NCBI GenBank assembly: GCA_029938635.1
Contig: JAOZUQ010000001.1
Location: forward strand, 101,070-165,069
DNA: 64,000 nucleotides
Direction: 5' to 3'
Source: Candidatus Aminicenantes bacterium
GTDB taxonomy: Bacteria; Acidobacteriota; Aminicenantia; UBA2199
The notes beneath the pieces are model-generated. The model saw only the letters and a list, made by a program, of their open reading frames with translations. It made no database searches and was not told the origin of the DNA. Each line of letters opens with the position of its first letter. Within the stretch, counting starts at the first letter, position 1. Made by a program: the position numbers and the translations under genes. Positions 28,429 through 39,133 of this stretch are shown piece after piece.

Positions 28429-29046
28429 ATGAATACCAAAAAAGGAAAAATTGCTATTCTCCTCTCCGGCAGGGGTTCAAATTTTGAGGCCATTTATAAA
28501 AATTCAATCATCGGGGATTCCCCTTTTGAGATCGCTGTAGTTGTGAGTGATAAGAGAAAAGCAAAGGGATTAAAAACAGCAGATGATCTCGGGATACCAG
28601 CCTATTTTATAAGGCCCCGTGATTTTTCTTCAAAAGATGAATATGAAAAAAATCTAATTGAACTTTTCGAAAAATTCAAAATCGACCTGGTCTGCCTCGC
28701 AGGATTCATGAGGATCATTTCTCCTATTCTCATTAAAAAATATCCCAACAGAATAATCAACATCCATCCTTCACTCCTCCCTTTATTCCCGGGACTTGAT
28801 GCCCAGAAACAGGCACTCGAAGCAGGAGCTGAATTAAGCGGCTGTACAGTTCACTTCGTAGATGAAGGTGTAGATTCCGGCCCGGCCATAATGCAGGCAA
28901 GCGTGGGGATTAAAAAAAACGATTCGGAAGAGTCCCTCAGTAAAAGAATCCTCATAGAAGAACACAGGATCTATTCTGAAGTTATAAGGCTCTATTTTCG
29001 CAATAAATTGAAAATAGAAGGGAGAAGGGTTAAAATTCTCACATGA
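28429..29046 (+). CDS. purN: Phosphoribosylglycinamide formyltransferase
   Basis: SGRGSNF, LAGFMRI, NIHPSLLP, GCTVHFV...DSGP. Confidence 0.97.
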   Translation: MNTKKGKIAILLSGRGSNFEAIYKNSIIGDSPFEIAVVVSDKRKAKGLKTADDLGIPAYFIRPRDFSSKDEYEKNLIELFEKFKIDLVCLAGFMRIISPILIKKYPNRIINIHPSLLPLFPGLDAQKQALEAGAELSGCTVHFVDEGVDSGPAIMQASVGIKKNDSEESLSKRILIEEHRIYSEVIRLYFRNKLKIEGRRVKILT

Positions 29047-29594
29047 AAAAATTATTGATAATATTTTTTTTAATTCCACTCTTTCTAGCCCCTGCTACAG
29101 AATTCTCACTTGAAAGGGCAAAAAGGATTGACGGATACCTGAAAAGAATATCTGCAAAAAAAACAGAAAGTGTAATCCTTAAAAATATAACATTCTCACA
29201 AAGGGACCTTAATTCCTATCTTAATCTCATTTACACCAGAAAATATGCAAGGGAAGTAAAGTATATAAAACTGGAATTCGGCAAGAACAATTATGTAGGC
29301 GGCAATATGAAAATTGTACTTAAAGGGGAAAAATATGAGAAGATCCCATCCTTCCTTAAAGATTTTGAGATAGATTTCGAAGGAAAGGTTTTCTGCAGTA
29401 ATTACAGAATGAGATATGATTTTGAAAAAGTAAGGATAAATGGAACTTCATTCTCACCTGAAATTCTTGATGAGGCTTTCGGTGCAGCTCAGACCGGTTA
29501 TAAGATCAAAAAATCAATGTTCGACTGGTTCAGGCTGCTTCCGGGAATTAAAAATATAAAAACAGACCATAAGAAACTGATAATATTCTATTGA
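29043..29594 (+). CDS. Hypothetical exported protein
   Basis: Signal peptide; overlaps both purN and recG by 4 nt. Confidence 0.6.
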   Translation: MKKLLIIFFLIPLFLAPATEFSLERAKRIDGYLKRISAKKTESVILKNITFSQRDLNSYLNLIYTRKYAREVKYIKLEFGKNNYVGGNMKIVLKGEKYEKIPSFLKDFEIDFEGKVFCSNYRMRYDFEKVRINGTSFSPEILDEAFGAAQTGYKIKKSMFDWFRLLPGIKNIKTDHKKLIIFY

Positions 29595-31615
29595 TACCGT
29601 TTCTAGATTCCTCTCCCCGGATAATCAAAGGGGTAGGTGACAAATATCTCGAGATTCTTAACAGGTACAGATATAACAGTGTTTATGACCTGATCACTCA
29701 TTTCCCCGAGCATTATATCGACACATCAGATACAGACAATATAATTGAAGACGGGATCGAGAAGGTCTACCTGCTAAATATTAAAAGTTCCAATCTTTAC
29801 AGAAACTACCGGAGAAGGCTTTCGATCATCAATATTTCAGGAACCATCGGAGAAGTCCCTGTGGACATGGCAATATTCAACAAACCCTATATGATGGAGC
29901 TGATCAGATCCTCTGATAAATTGAGAGTGTACGGGAAAGTTCTGGTTAAAGGAATAAAGAACAAGATCGAGAATCCGAGAATATTGAAAGATGAAGAGGG
30001 GATCATTCCGGTTTATAAAAATATCGGAAGCATTAGTGGTGGAGCCGTTAAAAATTTCATTGAAAATGTTTTTATTCAAAAAGAAATTTCAGATGATATT
30101 CTGCCGGTCCATCTTGTAAAGGAGTACGGATTCGAGCCATTTTGGGGATCACTTGAGAAGATCCATTCTCCTGATTCTGCCGAGCACAAATTTGAAAGTA
30201 TCAGGGAAAGGTTCATTTATACCGAATTTCTTTTTTTTCAACTTGAGATCGCTTATATCAGAGAAAGGTCGGGAAAGATCAAAAGGGGGAGGAAGTATCT
30301 CATTCACGATCCGGAAAAAACAATAAGGGATCATGTCAATTTTCAACTGACCTCAGACCAGAAGAAAGCTGTTGAAAATATTATGTCCGACCTGAGCGGT
30401 AATTTTACAATGCAGAGGATCCTTCTTGGTGATGTCGGATCAGGCAAGACCATTATCTCCTTCATTTTTCTGCTATTTGCTGTACAAAACGGTTATCAGG
30501 GAGCTTTCCTTGCCCCAACCGAGATATTGATCAGCCAGCATTTCGAAAATGCTGCAGGATTCTTCAAGGGAATAAATATTGCCATTCTGACCGGAAGCAC
30601 TTCATCTTCGGAAAGAAAGAAAATAATCAGTGACCTTCAAAGTGGTAAGATCCAGTTAATATTCGGCACACACTCTTTAATAAATGACAAAATAATCTTC
30701 CATAATCTTTCAGCAATAGTTATCGACGAACAGCACCGTTTCGGTGTAGCTCAAAGAGCAGCTTTATTCTACAAAGGAGAGAAAGCCGACCTGATGGTCA
30801 CAACTGCCACACCGATCCCAAGGACCCTCCTCCTTTCTCTCTACAAGGACCTTGATGTCAGTGAGATAAGATCCATGCCTGAGGGGAGACTCCCGATCGA
30901 AACTCTTATCCTGAAGCAGGAAATCCGCGAACAATTCTATTCAGAAATAAAAAGAAGGGCAGAAGGGGGAGAAAAAGTTTTCATAGTCCTTCCCCTGATC
31001 TCCGAATCCACCCGATTCAAAAATCTCAGATCTCTGGAAAGAGAAGCCCCTTTCTTTAAAAAAATATTCAAAGGGGTCACTTTTGGTGTGATTTCGGGAA
31101 AGGTTGACACGGAGGAGAGGAGTTCAGTGTTTCGTAAATTTTCTGATGGGGACATAAGAATACTTATATCAACGACTGTTATAGAAGTGGGAATTGACAT
31201 CCGTGATGCAACAATAATGGTTATTGAAGATGCAGACAAGTTCGGCCTCAGCCAGCTGCATCAATTAAGAGGACGGGTTGGACGTGGGGACAAAAAGTCA
31301 TTCTGTTATCTCTTCCCCTCATCCAGGATAACAAGTACCGGCAGTGAAAGGCTCAGGATCATAAAGGAGACCTCTAACGGATTTGAGATAGCGGAGAAAG
31401 ACCTTGGCATGAGGGGGGGCGGAAATATAGCAGGGACAGAACAATCCGGATATCTCGATTTCCGGATCTCAGATATCAGAGAATATCCGGAACTCTATTT
31501 CAGAGCAAGCAGAGACGCGGCAGCTCTTATAAAAAACAAAACACTTCATAATATCCATATAACAAAAAAACTTGAACTGATCGAAAAGAGGTTGAAAAAA
31601 ATTAGTTTCAGTTAA
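29591..31615 (+). CDS. recG: ATP-dependent DNA helicase RecG
   Basis: GDVGSGKT, APTEIL, DEQHRFGV.QR, TATPIPRT, QLRGRVGRG, GFEIAEKDL. Confidence 0.93.
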   Translation: MIPFLDSSPRIIKGVGDKYLEILNRYRYNSVYDLITHFPEHYIDTSDTDNIIEDGIEKVYLLNIKSSNLYRNYRRRLSIINISGTIGEVPVDMAIFNKPYMMELIRSSDKLRVYGKVLVKGIKNKIENPRILKDEEGIIPVYKNIGSISGGAVKNFIENVFIQKEISDDILPVHLVKEYGFEPFWGSLEKIHSPDSAEHKFESIRERFIYTEFLFFQLEIAYIRERSGKIKRGRKYLIHDPEKTIRDHVNFQLTSDQKKAVENIMSDLSGNFTMQRILLGDVGSGKTIISFIFLLFAVQNGYQGAFLAPTEILISQHFENAAGFFKGINIAILTGSTSSSERKKIISDLQSGKIQLIFGTHSLINDKIIFHNLSAIVIDEQHRFGVAQRAALFYKGEKADLMVTTATPIPRTLLLSLYKDLDVSEIRSMPEGRLPIETLILKQEIREQFYSEIKRRAEGGEKVFIVLPLISESTRFKNLRSLEREAPFFKKIFKGVTFGVISGKVDTEERSSVFRKFSDGDIRILISTTVIEVGIDIRDATIMVIEDADKFGLSQLHQLRGRVGRGDKKSFCYLFPSSRITSTGSERLRIIKETSNGFEIAEKDLGMRGGGNIAGTEQSGYLDFRISDIREYPELYFRASRDAAALIKNKTLHNIHITKKLELIEKRLKKISFS

Positions 31616-31622
31616 AACAGGG

Positions 31623-32573
31623 CTAACTCTTTTTTATTACTACAAAACTTATGTCATCCGAAGGGTCAGCAAAATCCTGCATATCATCAAGGATCCTGTG
31701 ATAGATCTCTTTTGATGAAAGTTCTTTCACTTCTCTTACGATCGTTTCCAGCCTCTCTTCAAAATAAAGGAGATCCATATCAATACCATGCTCCATAAGG
31801 CCGTCAGTGAAAAGTATCAGAATATCACCAGTCCCCATCAGGTGAATTTTATTCACCGAATATCTCTTTTTAAATCCCAGACGACTCTTACTTCTGCTGG
31901 AATCAACATCTACAACTGACGGCAGAGTCCCCACGGGAGGAAAAGACAAAGCCTTCTTTGAACAAACCTTCATAAGCTTATCAAACTTATTTGAAAAAAC
32001 TACGGGCGACGGATGCCCTGCATTTATGAAACGGAAAGTTCCGTCTGAAGAGATCTCTCCATAGATCATCGTTATAAATTTTGAAAAAGCTGAAGATTTA
32101 TAGAACCTTGAATTTAATATTTCAAAAAGTTCACTTGTCACTTCTCCGAAGGTCTTCAATTCATACAAAACACCTACCATAAATGCCTGATGAAGCATAG
32201 CAGCCATTGAAGCATCGGTCAGCTTGTGTCCTGAGACATCCGCAATAAGAATTCCGGCCTTATTTTTGAGGCATTTCAATCTTTCAGCAACCTTAACTTC
32301 ACCATTCTCTAAAGCATCATGTATCCTGACATCGAGATCATACCTTTTATTAAAATCGATATATATTATGTGATCTCCGCCCGCTATCCCGTTCATAGGC
32401 ATGGAACCTCCGAAAATATCAATACTCTCTAACGCCGGGAGTTCACCTGAAGAAGGTTTTATCGCTCCAACGATCTCATTTAGATTTTCGAGCTCCTCCT
32501 TCATGAAAGCGAGGCTTTTTTCCGATAATATTTTCTTCCTTTTTTTACTTTTTTCAGAACTTTCACTCATCAT
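31623..32573 (-). CDS. PP2C/SpoIIE-family protein-serine phosphatase, no obvious sensor domain
   Basis: GGDH, IADVSGH, NAGHP, FTDGL, DDIS. Confidence 0.85.
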   Translation of the reverse strand: MMSESSEKSKKRKKILSEKSLAFMKEELENLNEIVGAIKPSSGELPALESIDIFGGSMPMNGIAGGDHIIYIDFNKRYDLDVRIHDALENGEVKVAERLKCLKNKAGILIADVSGHKLTDASMAAMLHQAFMVGVLYELKTFGEVTSELFEILNSRFYKSSAFSKFITMIYGEISSDGTFRFINAGHPSPVVFSNKFDKLMKVCSKKALSFPPVGTLPSVVDVDSSRSKSRLGFKKRYSVNKIHLMGTGDILILFTDGLMEHGIDMDLLYFEERLETIVREVKELSSKEIYHRILDDMQDFADPSDDISFVVIKKS

Positions 32574-33975
32574 TAACACCTTTCATCTCTTTTTTATCAT
32601 TTATCCGGACCTTTTTCCACTTTCCAGGCAAATACCATATTAAAATAATAAAAAACGCAAAAATATTTGAGAAGAACATTCCCCACCACACCCCGTTATG
32701 GGCCCCGGGATTCCCCGGCCCTTTGAGCATAACAAATGAGATCAAATATACGATTGGGATCCTGAACATCCATATACGAAGAATATTCGATACCATTACC
32801 GGAATTGTATATCCGGAACCCTGAAATGCTCCGTTAAGGACAGAACCCAGAGCAAAAAACAAAACTGATGGAGATATAATAAGAAACATGGACGAACTGA
32901 TATTTTCAACCAGCTTATCACCGGGAATAAAAAAGGCTGTAAAATATTTACCATAAAAAGTGGATAAAATAATAAAGGGGGTCAATATGAGGAGCATTAG
33001 TTTTAACCCTGTCAATACAGATAACGAGGCCCTCCTGACATCACCTGCACCAAGGCTTTGTCCGACAATAGCGGTAACCGCAGAAGCGATCGCCATTGCA
33101 GGCATTGTGTACAAGTGGACAATCCTTGACATGATACCGTAAGCAGAGATCACAGCCGTACCGAACTGATTTACAAAACCGATCAGAACAATGAACCCGA
33201 TTGATGCTCCGGCCATTCCGAAAGCAGCAGGAACCCCGGTTCGCATTATCATTCTGATTATCTTCTTATCCGGGATCAGCATTCTTAATGAGATTTTCAA
33301 TCCACGTTTTCCTGAAAACAGGATATATAATCCGGCGGCCGATGCTATTGCTCTTGAGCCGACAGTCACCAGAGCTGCACCATTAACACCGAGAGCGGGA
33401 AGACCGAAGTACCCGAAGATAAAAACAGGATCCAGAATTATATTTATTAATGCCGAGAACAATTCGATTTTCAATGGAGTTCTGGTATCTCCATACCCGT
33501 TAAAAACAGAATAAAAAACAAAGAACGGAAAAGCTAACGGCATCCCGACAAGGGAGATACGGAAATATGAAACGGTCTGGACAAATGTGTCCTCCGGTGT
33601 TTTCAGAAGTTTGAAGATCTCATTGCTGAAAGGTAATAACAATACAACTGCGGCTATGGAGATCACACTCATGATAAAAAGGAGATTACCGGATACTTTG
33701 TTGGCGCTATCCTTCTCCTTCGCTCCGATATATTGTGAAACGAGCGATGTACCAGCCACAGAGAAACCTATTCCAAGTCCGATCAGCAGGAATAATATGA
33801 AGAATGAGATCACAGGCGCAGATATTGCACTCCTGCCCAACCTTCCCAGCCAATAAGTATCTGCAAGGTTATACAGCATTTGTACCGCTGAACCGATCGC
33901 AATCGGCATTCCCAGCCTGAAGATGATCTTTTTGAGATCACCTGTAAGCAGATCGATCTTATATTCTTTTTTCAT
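32563..33975 (-). CDS. MATE family efflux transporter
   Basis: About 12 TM; YNLADTYW, GDTRTP, NIILDP, GVNGAA. Confidence 0.9.
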   Translation of the reverse strand: MKKEYKIDLLTGDLKKIIFRLGMPIAIGSAVQMLYNLADTYWLGRLGRSAISAPVISFFILFLLIGLGIGFSVAGTSLVSQYIGAKEKDSANKVSGNLLFIMSVISIAAVVLLLPFSNEIFKLLKTPEDTFVQTVSYFRISLVGMPLAFPFFVFYSVFNGYGDTRTPLKIELFSALINIILDPVFIFGYFGLPALGVNGAALVTVGSRAIASAAGLYILFSGKRGLKISLRMLIPDKKIIRMIMRTGVPAAFGMAGASIGFIVLIGFVNQFGTAVISAYGIMSRIVHLYTMPAMAIASAVTAIVGQSLGAGDVRRASLSVLTGLKLMLLILTPFIILSTFYGKYFTAFFIPGDKLVENISSSMFLIISPSVLFFALGSVLNGAFQGSGYTIPVMVSNILRIWMFRIPIVYLISFVMLKGPGNPGAHNGVWWGMFFSNIFAFFIILIWYLPGKWKKVRINDKKEMKGVNDE

Positions 33976-34016
33976 ATTTTATCGTAACAGGAACATACGA
34001 ATCTTATCCGGTAAAG

Positions 34017-34874
34017 TTATTGAATCTCAGAATAAGGAACCCGGATCAGCTCAAATTCACCATTTATTATTATAATCTTGAGAAAATACCTGATCAATAC
34101 AAACACTTGATAGAGTATAAACACAAAAATCATCCCTAGGAAATCTTCTGCAACACTCATGAACAATTTAAAAATAATATAAAGTACTCCGGTCGAAATA
34201 AAATAAAAGAGGAAGAGAAGGAGGATGTTTTTTTTGTTCTTAAAAACAAACCTGACCCCTTCCCTGAACGAGAAGAAAAAATTTCTTCCATCCTTAAGCC
34301 TGATTATCCGCGAATAATCATATATAGCAACAGAAAACACAAGCAGGATCATAGCAATAATGAAAAATATAACTATGAATATCCCGAATAGAGTTTCATT
34401 CAATGATCTCTCCAAAGTCATCCAGAAAGCAAAAACCAGAAACGCCATTGGGATAAGTGCGAGGGCAAAATTAATAACATTTATTAAAAACACCTTCAGA
34501 AACCTGAAAAAATTGTCAATTGATGCTGATAAAAGTGTGAAAAATGTAGCTTTTTCCTCTTCCATCATAACTGAAAATATGCCGGCAGAAATAAACACTG
34601 ATGTAATGATATACAGGATCCCAAAATAAAAACATATAGATACAAGCAATGTAAAGCTCCCGGGGAAGTTATTAAATATATCCAGCAGAGCAGTAAATAA
34701 TCCGTACATTCCAATCTTTTCTGCTATCATCGATTTCCCTGCAGAGATCACAAATACCATATAAAAACCAAAGTAGATAATAAGTGAGATCAACATATTA
34801 TAAAACCATGCATATGCGGCGAGTTTTATACTCCTGAGATTAAAACCTCTTCCGATTATTTTTAATATGTTCAT
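34017..34874 (-). CDS. Hypothetical integral membrane protein
   Basis: About 6 TM segments; stop-start adjacent to the M1-like gene. Confidence 0.65.
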   Translation of the reverse strand: MNILKIIGRGFNLRSIKLAAYAWFYNMLISLIIYFGFYMVFVISAGKSMIAEKIGMYGLFTALLDIFNNFPGSFTLLVSICFYFGILYIITSVFISAGIFSVMMEEEKATFFTLLSASIDNFFRFLKVFLINVINFALALIPMAFLVFAFWMTLERSLNETLFGIFIVIFFIIAMILLVFSVAIYDYSRIIRLKDGRNFFFSFREGVRFVFKNKKNILLLFLFYFISTGVLYIIFKLFMSVAEDFLGMIFVFILYQVFVLIRYFLKIIIINGEFELIRVPYSEIQ

Positions 34875-34875
34875 T

Positions 34876-36813
34876 TTAAAGTATAAGAGAGGCTAAAACA
34901 TTCTGGAAATAGAATCCGAATTTAACCGCAAGTCTCCTTAATACACTATTCTCTTTCTTCAAAACCTTTGAATTATTAACCAGATTTATATCCAGGAGTA
35001 TCTTGACTCCGGGATCAACAATAGCAAAATCCACAGGCGATTCATCAATGAATACAACCGTCTTCCATTTCTCATTCTTTTCCCAGAAAAGTTTTATCTC
35101 CTTCCCGCCCTTTAGTATGACCGAGAGCTCAACAGGCCAATAACCGCTCTTCCTCACAAAAACCACTTCATTCTTATATTTCCCACTCTTCCCGATCCGG
35201 TCAGATCTGACAGAGTATACTGCTGTATCAAGATCCCTGTCCGTTCCGACAAACTGATCGAATGCCCAGGCATAATCTCCGTTAAAAAAATTATTGAACT
35301 CCGACTTAAAGATAACGGTATTATGATGGCTGAATTTTATTTTGTCGAAATAATAGCGTAAGAATCCCATGAACTTTTCTTCCCCGATTATATTCTTAAG
35401 ACTTCTGAGTAATAGTGAAACTTTTGAATACATATTACCGACAAAAAATTTATTATTAATTATGTTCCAGGAAAGATACTTCGATCTTTCGAGAGGGGAC
35501 AGATTTATATAAGCCCTTCTTTTTATCTCCCAATCGAATATTCTTAAATATAGTGAATTGAGAAGTAAGTTCCTCTTTTCAAAATATTTGTCCATTATCT
35601 CCATCTCATAAAATACGGCAATACCTTCATCCAGCCAGGGTTCCTTAAAGCCGTCACTCCCGGCCACTCCATACCAGAACTGGCGGGAAATACCATGAAT
35701 TACTGCAAGTTCAGAATATTTTAGAGATGCAGGAAGGATTTTCAGATAAGCTGCAGTCAAAATTGTGGGATATGCATGTCCGGCTGAATTGAATCCCTGA
35801 AGAGGCGGATCAATTACTGTTAAGGTTCTGTATGGATAAGATGCAAGATTCTCTTCGAAATATTTCAATGCGAATTTTACTATATTAAGATATCTCTCCT
35901 TAGCCGATCTGTTTCGGTGTGATAAAAGAAGAATTATATCTGTATCAAAATCATTCCCTTTCAATCTTATTTTGTCCCTGACCTCAATAAAATTCGGATA
36001 TGCAGCCCACGCAAAATCCTGAACATTATCCTGTGTAAATTCAAAAACCATTAATTTATCATTAAGCCTTTCACCGGAAATCTTCTCACCTGTTGCTCCC
36101 ACTATGAAATTGTCCGGAATTGTTATTCTTACGTGATAGTTACTGAACTCCGAAAAGAACGCGGGCATTCTGTGCAATTGGTGCCCGGCCCACTCCCCGT
36201 TGCTTCGGAGAACGCATACCCTGGGATACCAGTGTGCCATGAAAATATATTTCCCGGATTGTCCGGTTTTATAAAAAATATCGGGGATCTTCAATTTAAA
36301 TTCCGCTTTTATCCAGATTGTCTGCCCCGGCTGCACAGGTTTCTTCAGGCTAAAATCAACATTAGTCCTGTCATCTGCATTTTTGTCATCCGGGCTCAGA
36401 TAGGTCAGGACACCGGTTATATTTTCATTCCTGTTTATAATTTCTATCTTTTTAACTTCAATATTTCCAAAATTATATTCTTTTAGTTTCTCTTTGGAAG
36501 CTTTGAATATAGAGGTCTCGTTAAAGAAAGTGGATTTCGGATTACCGAAAGCATTGTAGAAAAGGTTCAATCTCAGAGAATTTACATCTATACCGGTCCT
36601 GTTGGTCCACCTGATTATCTCGACCCCTTCCAACTCCCTTTTCCCCGGGAATATTCTTGCATTTATCTGATATTTCGTCCTGTTTTCCCCACCGGATAAC
36701 TCCTGATACTCTTTCAGATCCCTGCTCTCATGATCTTCTTTTGTAACAATTTCGCCTGTAATGTGCAGAGCTGCAAAGATGTAGAATATTATAATATATT
36801 TGATATGCCTCAT
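34876..36813 (-). CDS. M1 aminopeptidase-fold exported protein with degenerate zinc site
   Basis: WYPR, QDFAW, YPY, WLDEG present; GAMEN and HEXXH replaced by SAGHAYP and HGISR. Confidence 0.75.
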   Translation of the reverse strand: MRHIKYIIIFYIFAALHITGEIVTKEDHESRDLKEYQELSGGENRTKYQINARIFPGKRELEGVEIIRWTNRTGIDVNSLRLNLFYNAFGNPKSTFFNETSIFKASKEKLKEYNFGNIEVKKIEIINRNENITGVLTYLSPDDKNADDRTNVDFSLKKPVQPGQTIWIKAEFKLKIPDIFYKTGQSGKYIFMAHWYPRVCVLRSNGEWAGHQLHRMPAFFSEFSNYHVRITIPDNFIVGATGEKISGERLNDKLMVFEFTQDNVQDFAWAAYPNFIEVRDKIRLKGNDFDTDIILLLSHRNRSAKERYLNIVKFALKYFEENLASYPYRTLTVIDPPLQGFNSAGHAYPTILTAAYLKILPASLKYSELAVIHGISRQFWYGVAGSDGFKEPWLDEGIAVFYEMEIMDKYFEKRNLLLNSLYLRIFDWEIKRRAYINLSPLERSKYLSWNIINNKFFVGNMYSKVSLLLRSLKNIIGEEKFMGFLRYYFDKIKFSHHNTVIFKSEFNNFFNGDYAWAFDQFVGTDRDLDTAVYSVRSDRIGKSGKYKNEVVFVRKSGYWPVELSVILKGGKEIKLFWEKNEKWKTVVFIDESPVDFAIVDPGVKILLDINLVNNSKVLKKENSVLRRLAVKFGFYFQNVLASLIL

Positions 36814-37799
36814 TTTTCTTTAAGCTTCTTCTCCCAGTCCCAGGCATTTTTAATAATAAGCTCAAGATCATCTGATTCCGGGACCCAATTTAATTCTTCC
36901 CTTATCCTTGATGAATCTGCTGTCAATTCCGGTGCGTCTCCTGCCCTTCTCGGAGCATCTTCCACATTAAAGTTTATGCCTGTTATCTTTTTAACAGCTT
37001 CAATAACTTCCCTGACGCTGCTCCCCTTCCCGTATCCGCAGTTCAGGATCCTGCTATCCTTTCTCTCTTTCAGAAAATCAAGTGATAAAAGATGGGCCTT
37101 AGAAAGATCATCGACATGAATATAATCTCTGACTGCTGTCCCGTCCGCCGTATCATAATCTGTCCCGAACACTTTTAATGAAGGATTCTCACCAAGAGCA
37201 GCTCTCAGTGCAAGGGTGATCAGGTGTGTAGGTTTTTTATAATTTTGTCCTATCCTTACTTTTTTATCCGACCCGGCTACATTGAAATATCTGAGAGCAA
37301 TATAGTTGAAATTTTCATTTGCATCTGCGGTATCCTTTAACACCATTTCGGTAAACAATTTAGAATTTCCGTAAGGATTTATCGGTTTTAACGGTGAAAA
37401 CTCGGTTGCAGGGATAACATCCGGCATTCCGTAGACGGCAGCAGTGGAAGAGAACACAAAGTTCTCTATCCCGCATTTAACACAATTCCTTATCAGCTTG
37501 AAAGATTTTACAGAATTATTGTAATAATATTTTAACGGGTCACTGACCGATTCCTCTACTTGAATAAATGCAGCAAAATGGATAACACTTTTGATGTTAT
37601 ATTCACTTATCACACGGGAGAGGAGTTCGTCATCCTCGATATCCCCTTCAACGAAATCACCACAGAGGATGTAATCTTTGTTCCCCATCGACAGATTGTC
37701 GACAATAACCGGGTTGTACCCGTTCTCTCCGAGGTCTCTTACTATATGACTACCAATATATCCGGCACCACCTGTAACAAGCACATTTTCTTTTCCCAT
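36810..37799 (-). CDS. galE: UDP-glucose 4-epimerase
   Basis: TGGAGYIGSH, SSTAAVYG, PYGNSK, LRYFNVAG, RDYIHV. Confidence 0.96.
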   Translation of the reverse strand: MGKENVLVTGGAGYIGSHIVRDLGENGYNPVIVDNLSMGNKDYILCGDFVEGDIEDDELLSRVISEYNIKSVIHFAAFIQVEESVSDPLKYYYNNSVKSFKLIRNCVKCGIENFVFSSTAAVYGMPDVIPATEFSPLKPINPYGNSKLFTEMVLKDTADANENFNYIALRYFNVAGSDKKVRIGQNYKKPTHLITLALRAALGENPSLKVFGTDYDTADGTAVRDYIHVDDLSKAHLLSLDFLKERKDSRILNCGYGKGSSVREVIEAVKKITGINFNVEDAPRRAGDAPELTADSSRIREELNWVPESDDLELIIKNAWDWEKKLKEK

Positions 37800-37844
37800 T
37801 GAAAGAATATTTTACTCTAACAGGGAGCAACAATCAACCGTTTT

Positions 37845-37880
37845 CCCCTCACCCCATCCCTCTCCCAGAGGGAGAAGGAG
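37845..37880 (+). repeat. REP-like CCCCTCACCCC-CCCTCTCCC-N3-GGGAGA palindrome
   Basis: CCCCTCACCCCATCCCTCTCCC-AGA-GGGAGAAGG; resembles a widespread intergenic repeat type. Confidence 0.6.
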
Positions 37881-37894
37881 TTAAAATAGGATCA

Positions 37895-38018
37895 GCCGTG
37901 GACATGTATTGCTTTTACGGGACTGGCAGCCTGAGTCCGTCAATATCGGACGGAAGGCGGGCGTCCAGAAAAATACCAGCAGGATTTTGCGGTAGTAAAA
38001 GTAAATACGGCCAGAGGC
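37895..38018 (+). repeat. Structured intergenic repeat, copy E1 (subtype I)
   Basis: Outer stem GTATTGCTTTTAC/GTAAAAGTAAATAC; inner hairpin GTCCG-TCAATAT-CGGAC; second hairpin; TTTTGCGGTAG junction shared with 62032-62161. Confidence 0.7.
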
Positions 38019-38057
38019 ATATCTGAACCCCTTGAACCAACGTTTACAGTGGAAATA

Positions 38058-39083
38058 CTATTTCAGGTCGTGGACATAAAGCTCCCAGACCTCTTCATCA
38101 ACATCATCGACAAGCTGGTATAGCTTTCCATCCTTTATGGTATAGGGGTAAAGATCTCTTGCTGTTGCTTCCGGAATCTGAAGATAGATATTATCCTTAA
38201 GAAGCTTCCAGTTAAGGTCATACACTTCAAACTCTGTCTTACCGTCCGGCCCCGGATATCCATTAACATAAAGTTTTTCATCAACAACATCCATACCCCT
38301 GATGACCGGAAAGGTTGATGGAAACTGGAATTGAGCTTTAACTGCTTCATAAAAATTCTTAGTCTGAGGATCTGTTCTGAAATATTCGTGATACCTCTTT
38401 ATATCCGAGTCTCTGACCTTCAGTTTTTTCAATCCGCATTTAAGTTCTTTCTTAATATCTCCATTATGATCAAAGATCAGCACATATCCTTCCCTCTCTC
38501 CGGTTATGAATATTTGATTTTTATATAATCTGAACCATGCTCCCCATGTCCTCAGAGGATTAAGTTTTCTCCCCTGCTGAAAGAACTGAGGCTCTTTATA
38601 TACCTGTTTGATCTTTTTCATTTCAGAATCATAAAGTTCAACAGTTGAATAATTTATTTTCTTCTTTTTGTCCTGGTAACCACTATAAGAAACAAATTTT
38701 TCTCCGAAAGGTTTATAAACATTTGCAAGTCCGGCACCTTTCGGCCTCTTCTCACTTAAAAACTTTCCATTCCTAGTATAATAGGAAATCTTCATATGAC
38801 TTCCGATGACTATCTTGTCAGGATTTTCCGGATCTTTCTGGATCCTGATGTATTGCGAGAACTCCTGCGGCCCATCTCCCTTTTTTCCGAATTTGGTTAT
38901 TAAACTGAAATCTTTTTGTGAATAAACATAAACGGTCGGGAACTCAGTAATAAGGATCTGCCCGCCATCAACTACAATATTTCCGGGCTTATTGATCTCA
39001 GCCAGTTCTACACCATTTTCTCCTCCGGAAATAAATGGTGATAACAGAGTTAAAGAGAATAAAACGATCAGATGTTTTTTCAT
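38058..39083 (-). CDS. Secreted 6-bladed beta-propeller protein
   Basis: Signal peptide; FGKKGDGPQEF NHL-like motif; beta-rich. Confidence 0.75.
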   Translation of the reverse strand: MKKHLIVLFSLTLLSPFISGGENGVELAEINKPGNIVVDGGQILITEFPTVYVYSQKDFSLITKFGKKGDGPQEFSQYIRIQKDPENPDKIVIGSHMKISYYTRNGKFLSEKRPKGAGLANVYKPFGEKFVSYSGYQDKKKKINYSTVELYDSEMKKIKQVYKEPQFFQQGRKLNPLRTWGAWFRLYKNQIFITGEREGYVLIFDHNGDIKKELKCGLKKLKVRDSDIKRYHEYFRTDPQTKNFYEAVKAQFQFPSTFPVIRGMDVVDEKLYVNGYPGPDGKTEFEVYDLNWKLLKDNIYLQIPEATARDLYPYTIKDGKLYQLVDDVDEEVWELYVHDLK

Positions 39084-39133
39084 AAAATCCTCCTTACAAT
39101 ATAACTAACGTATAGAAAAGAAATTTGTTTAGA

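Noticed and set aside
37799-38026. 75-aa ORF, and likewise 61955-62170, 62048-62257, 27979-28179 and 28278-28487
   Set aside because: They overlie repeat elements or the tRNA and have no protein motifs, so they are probably spurious.
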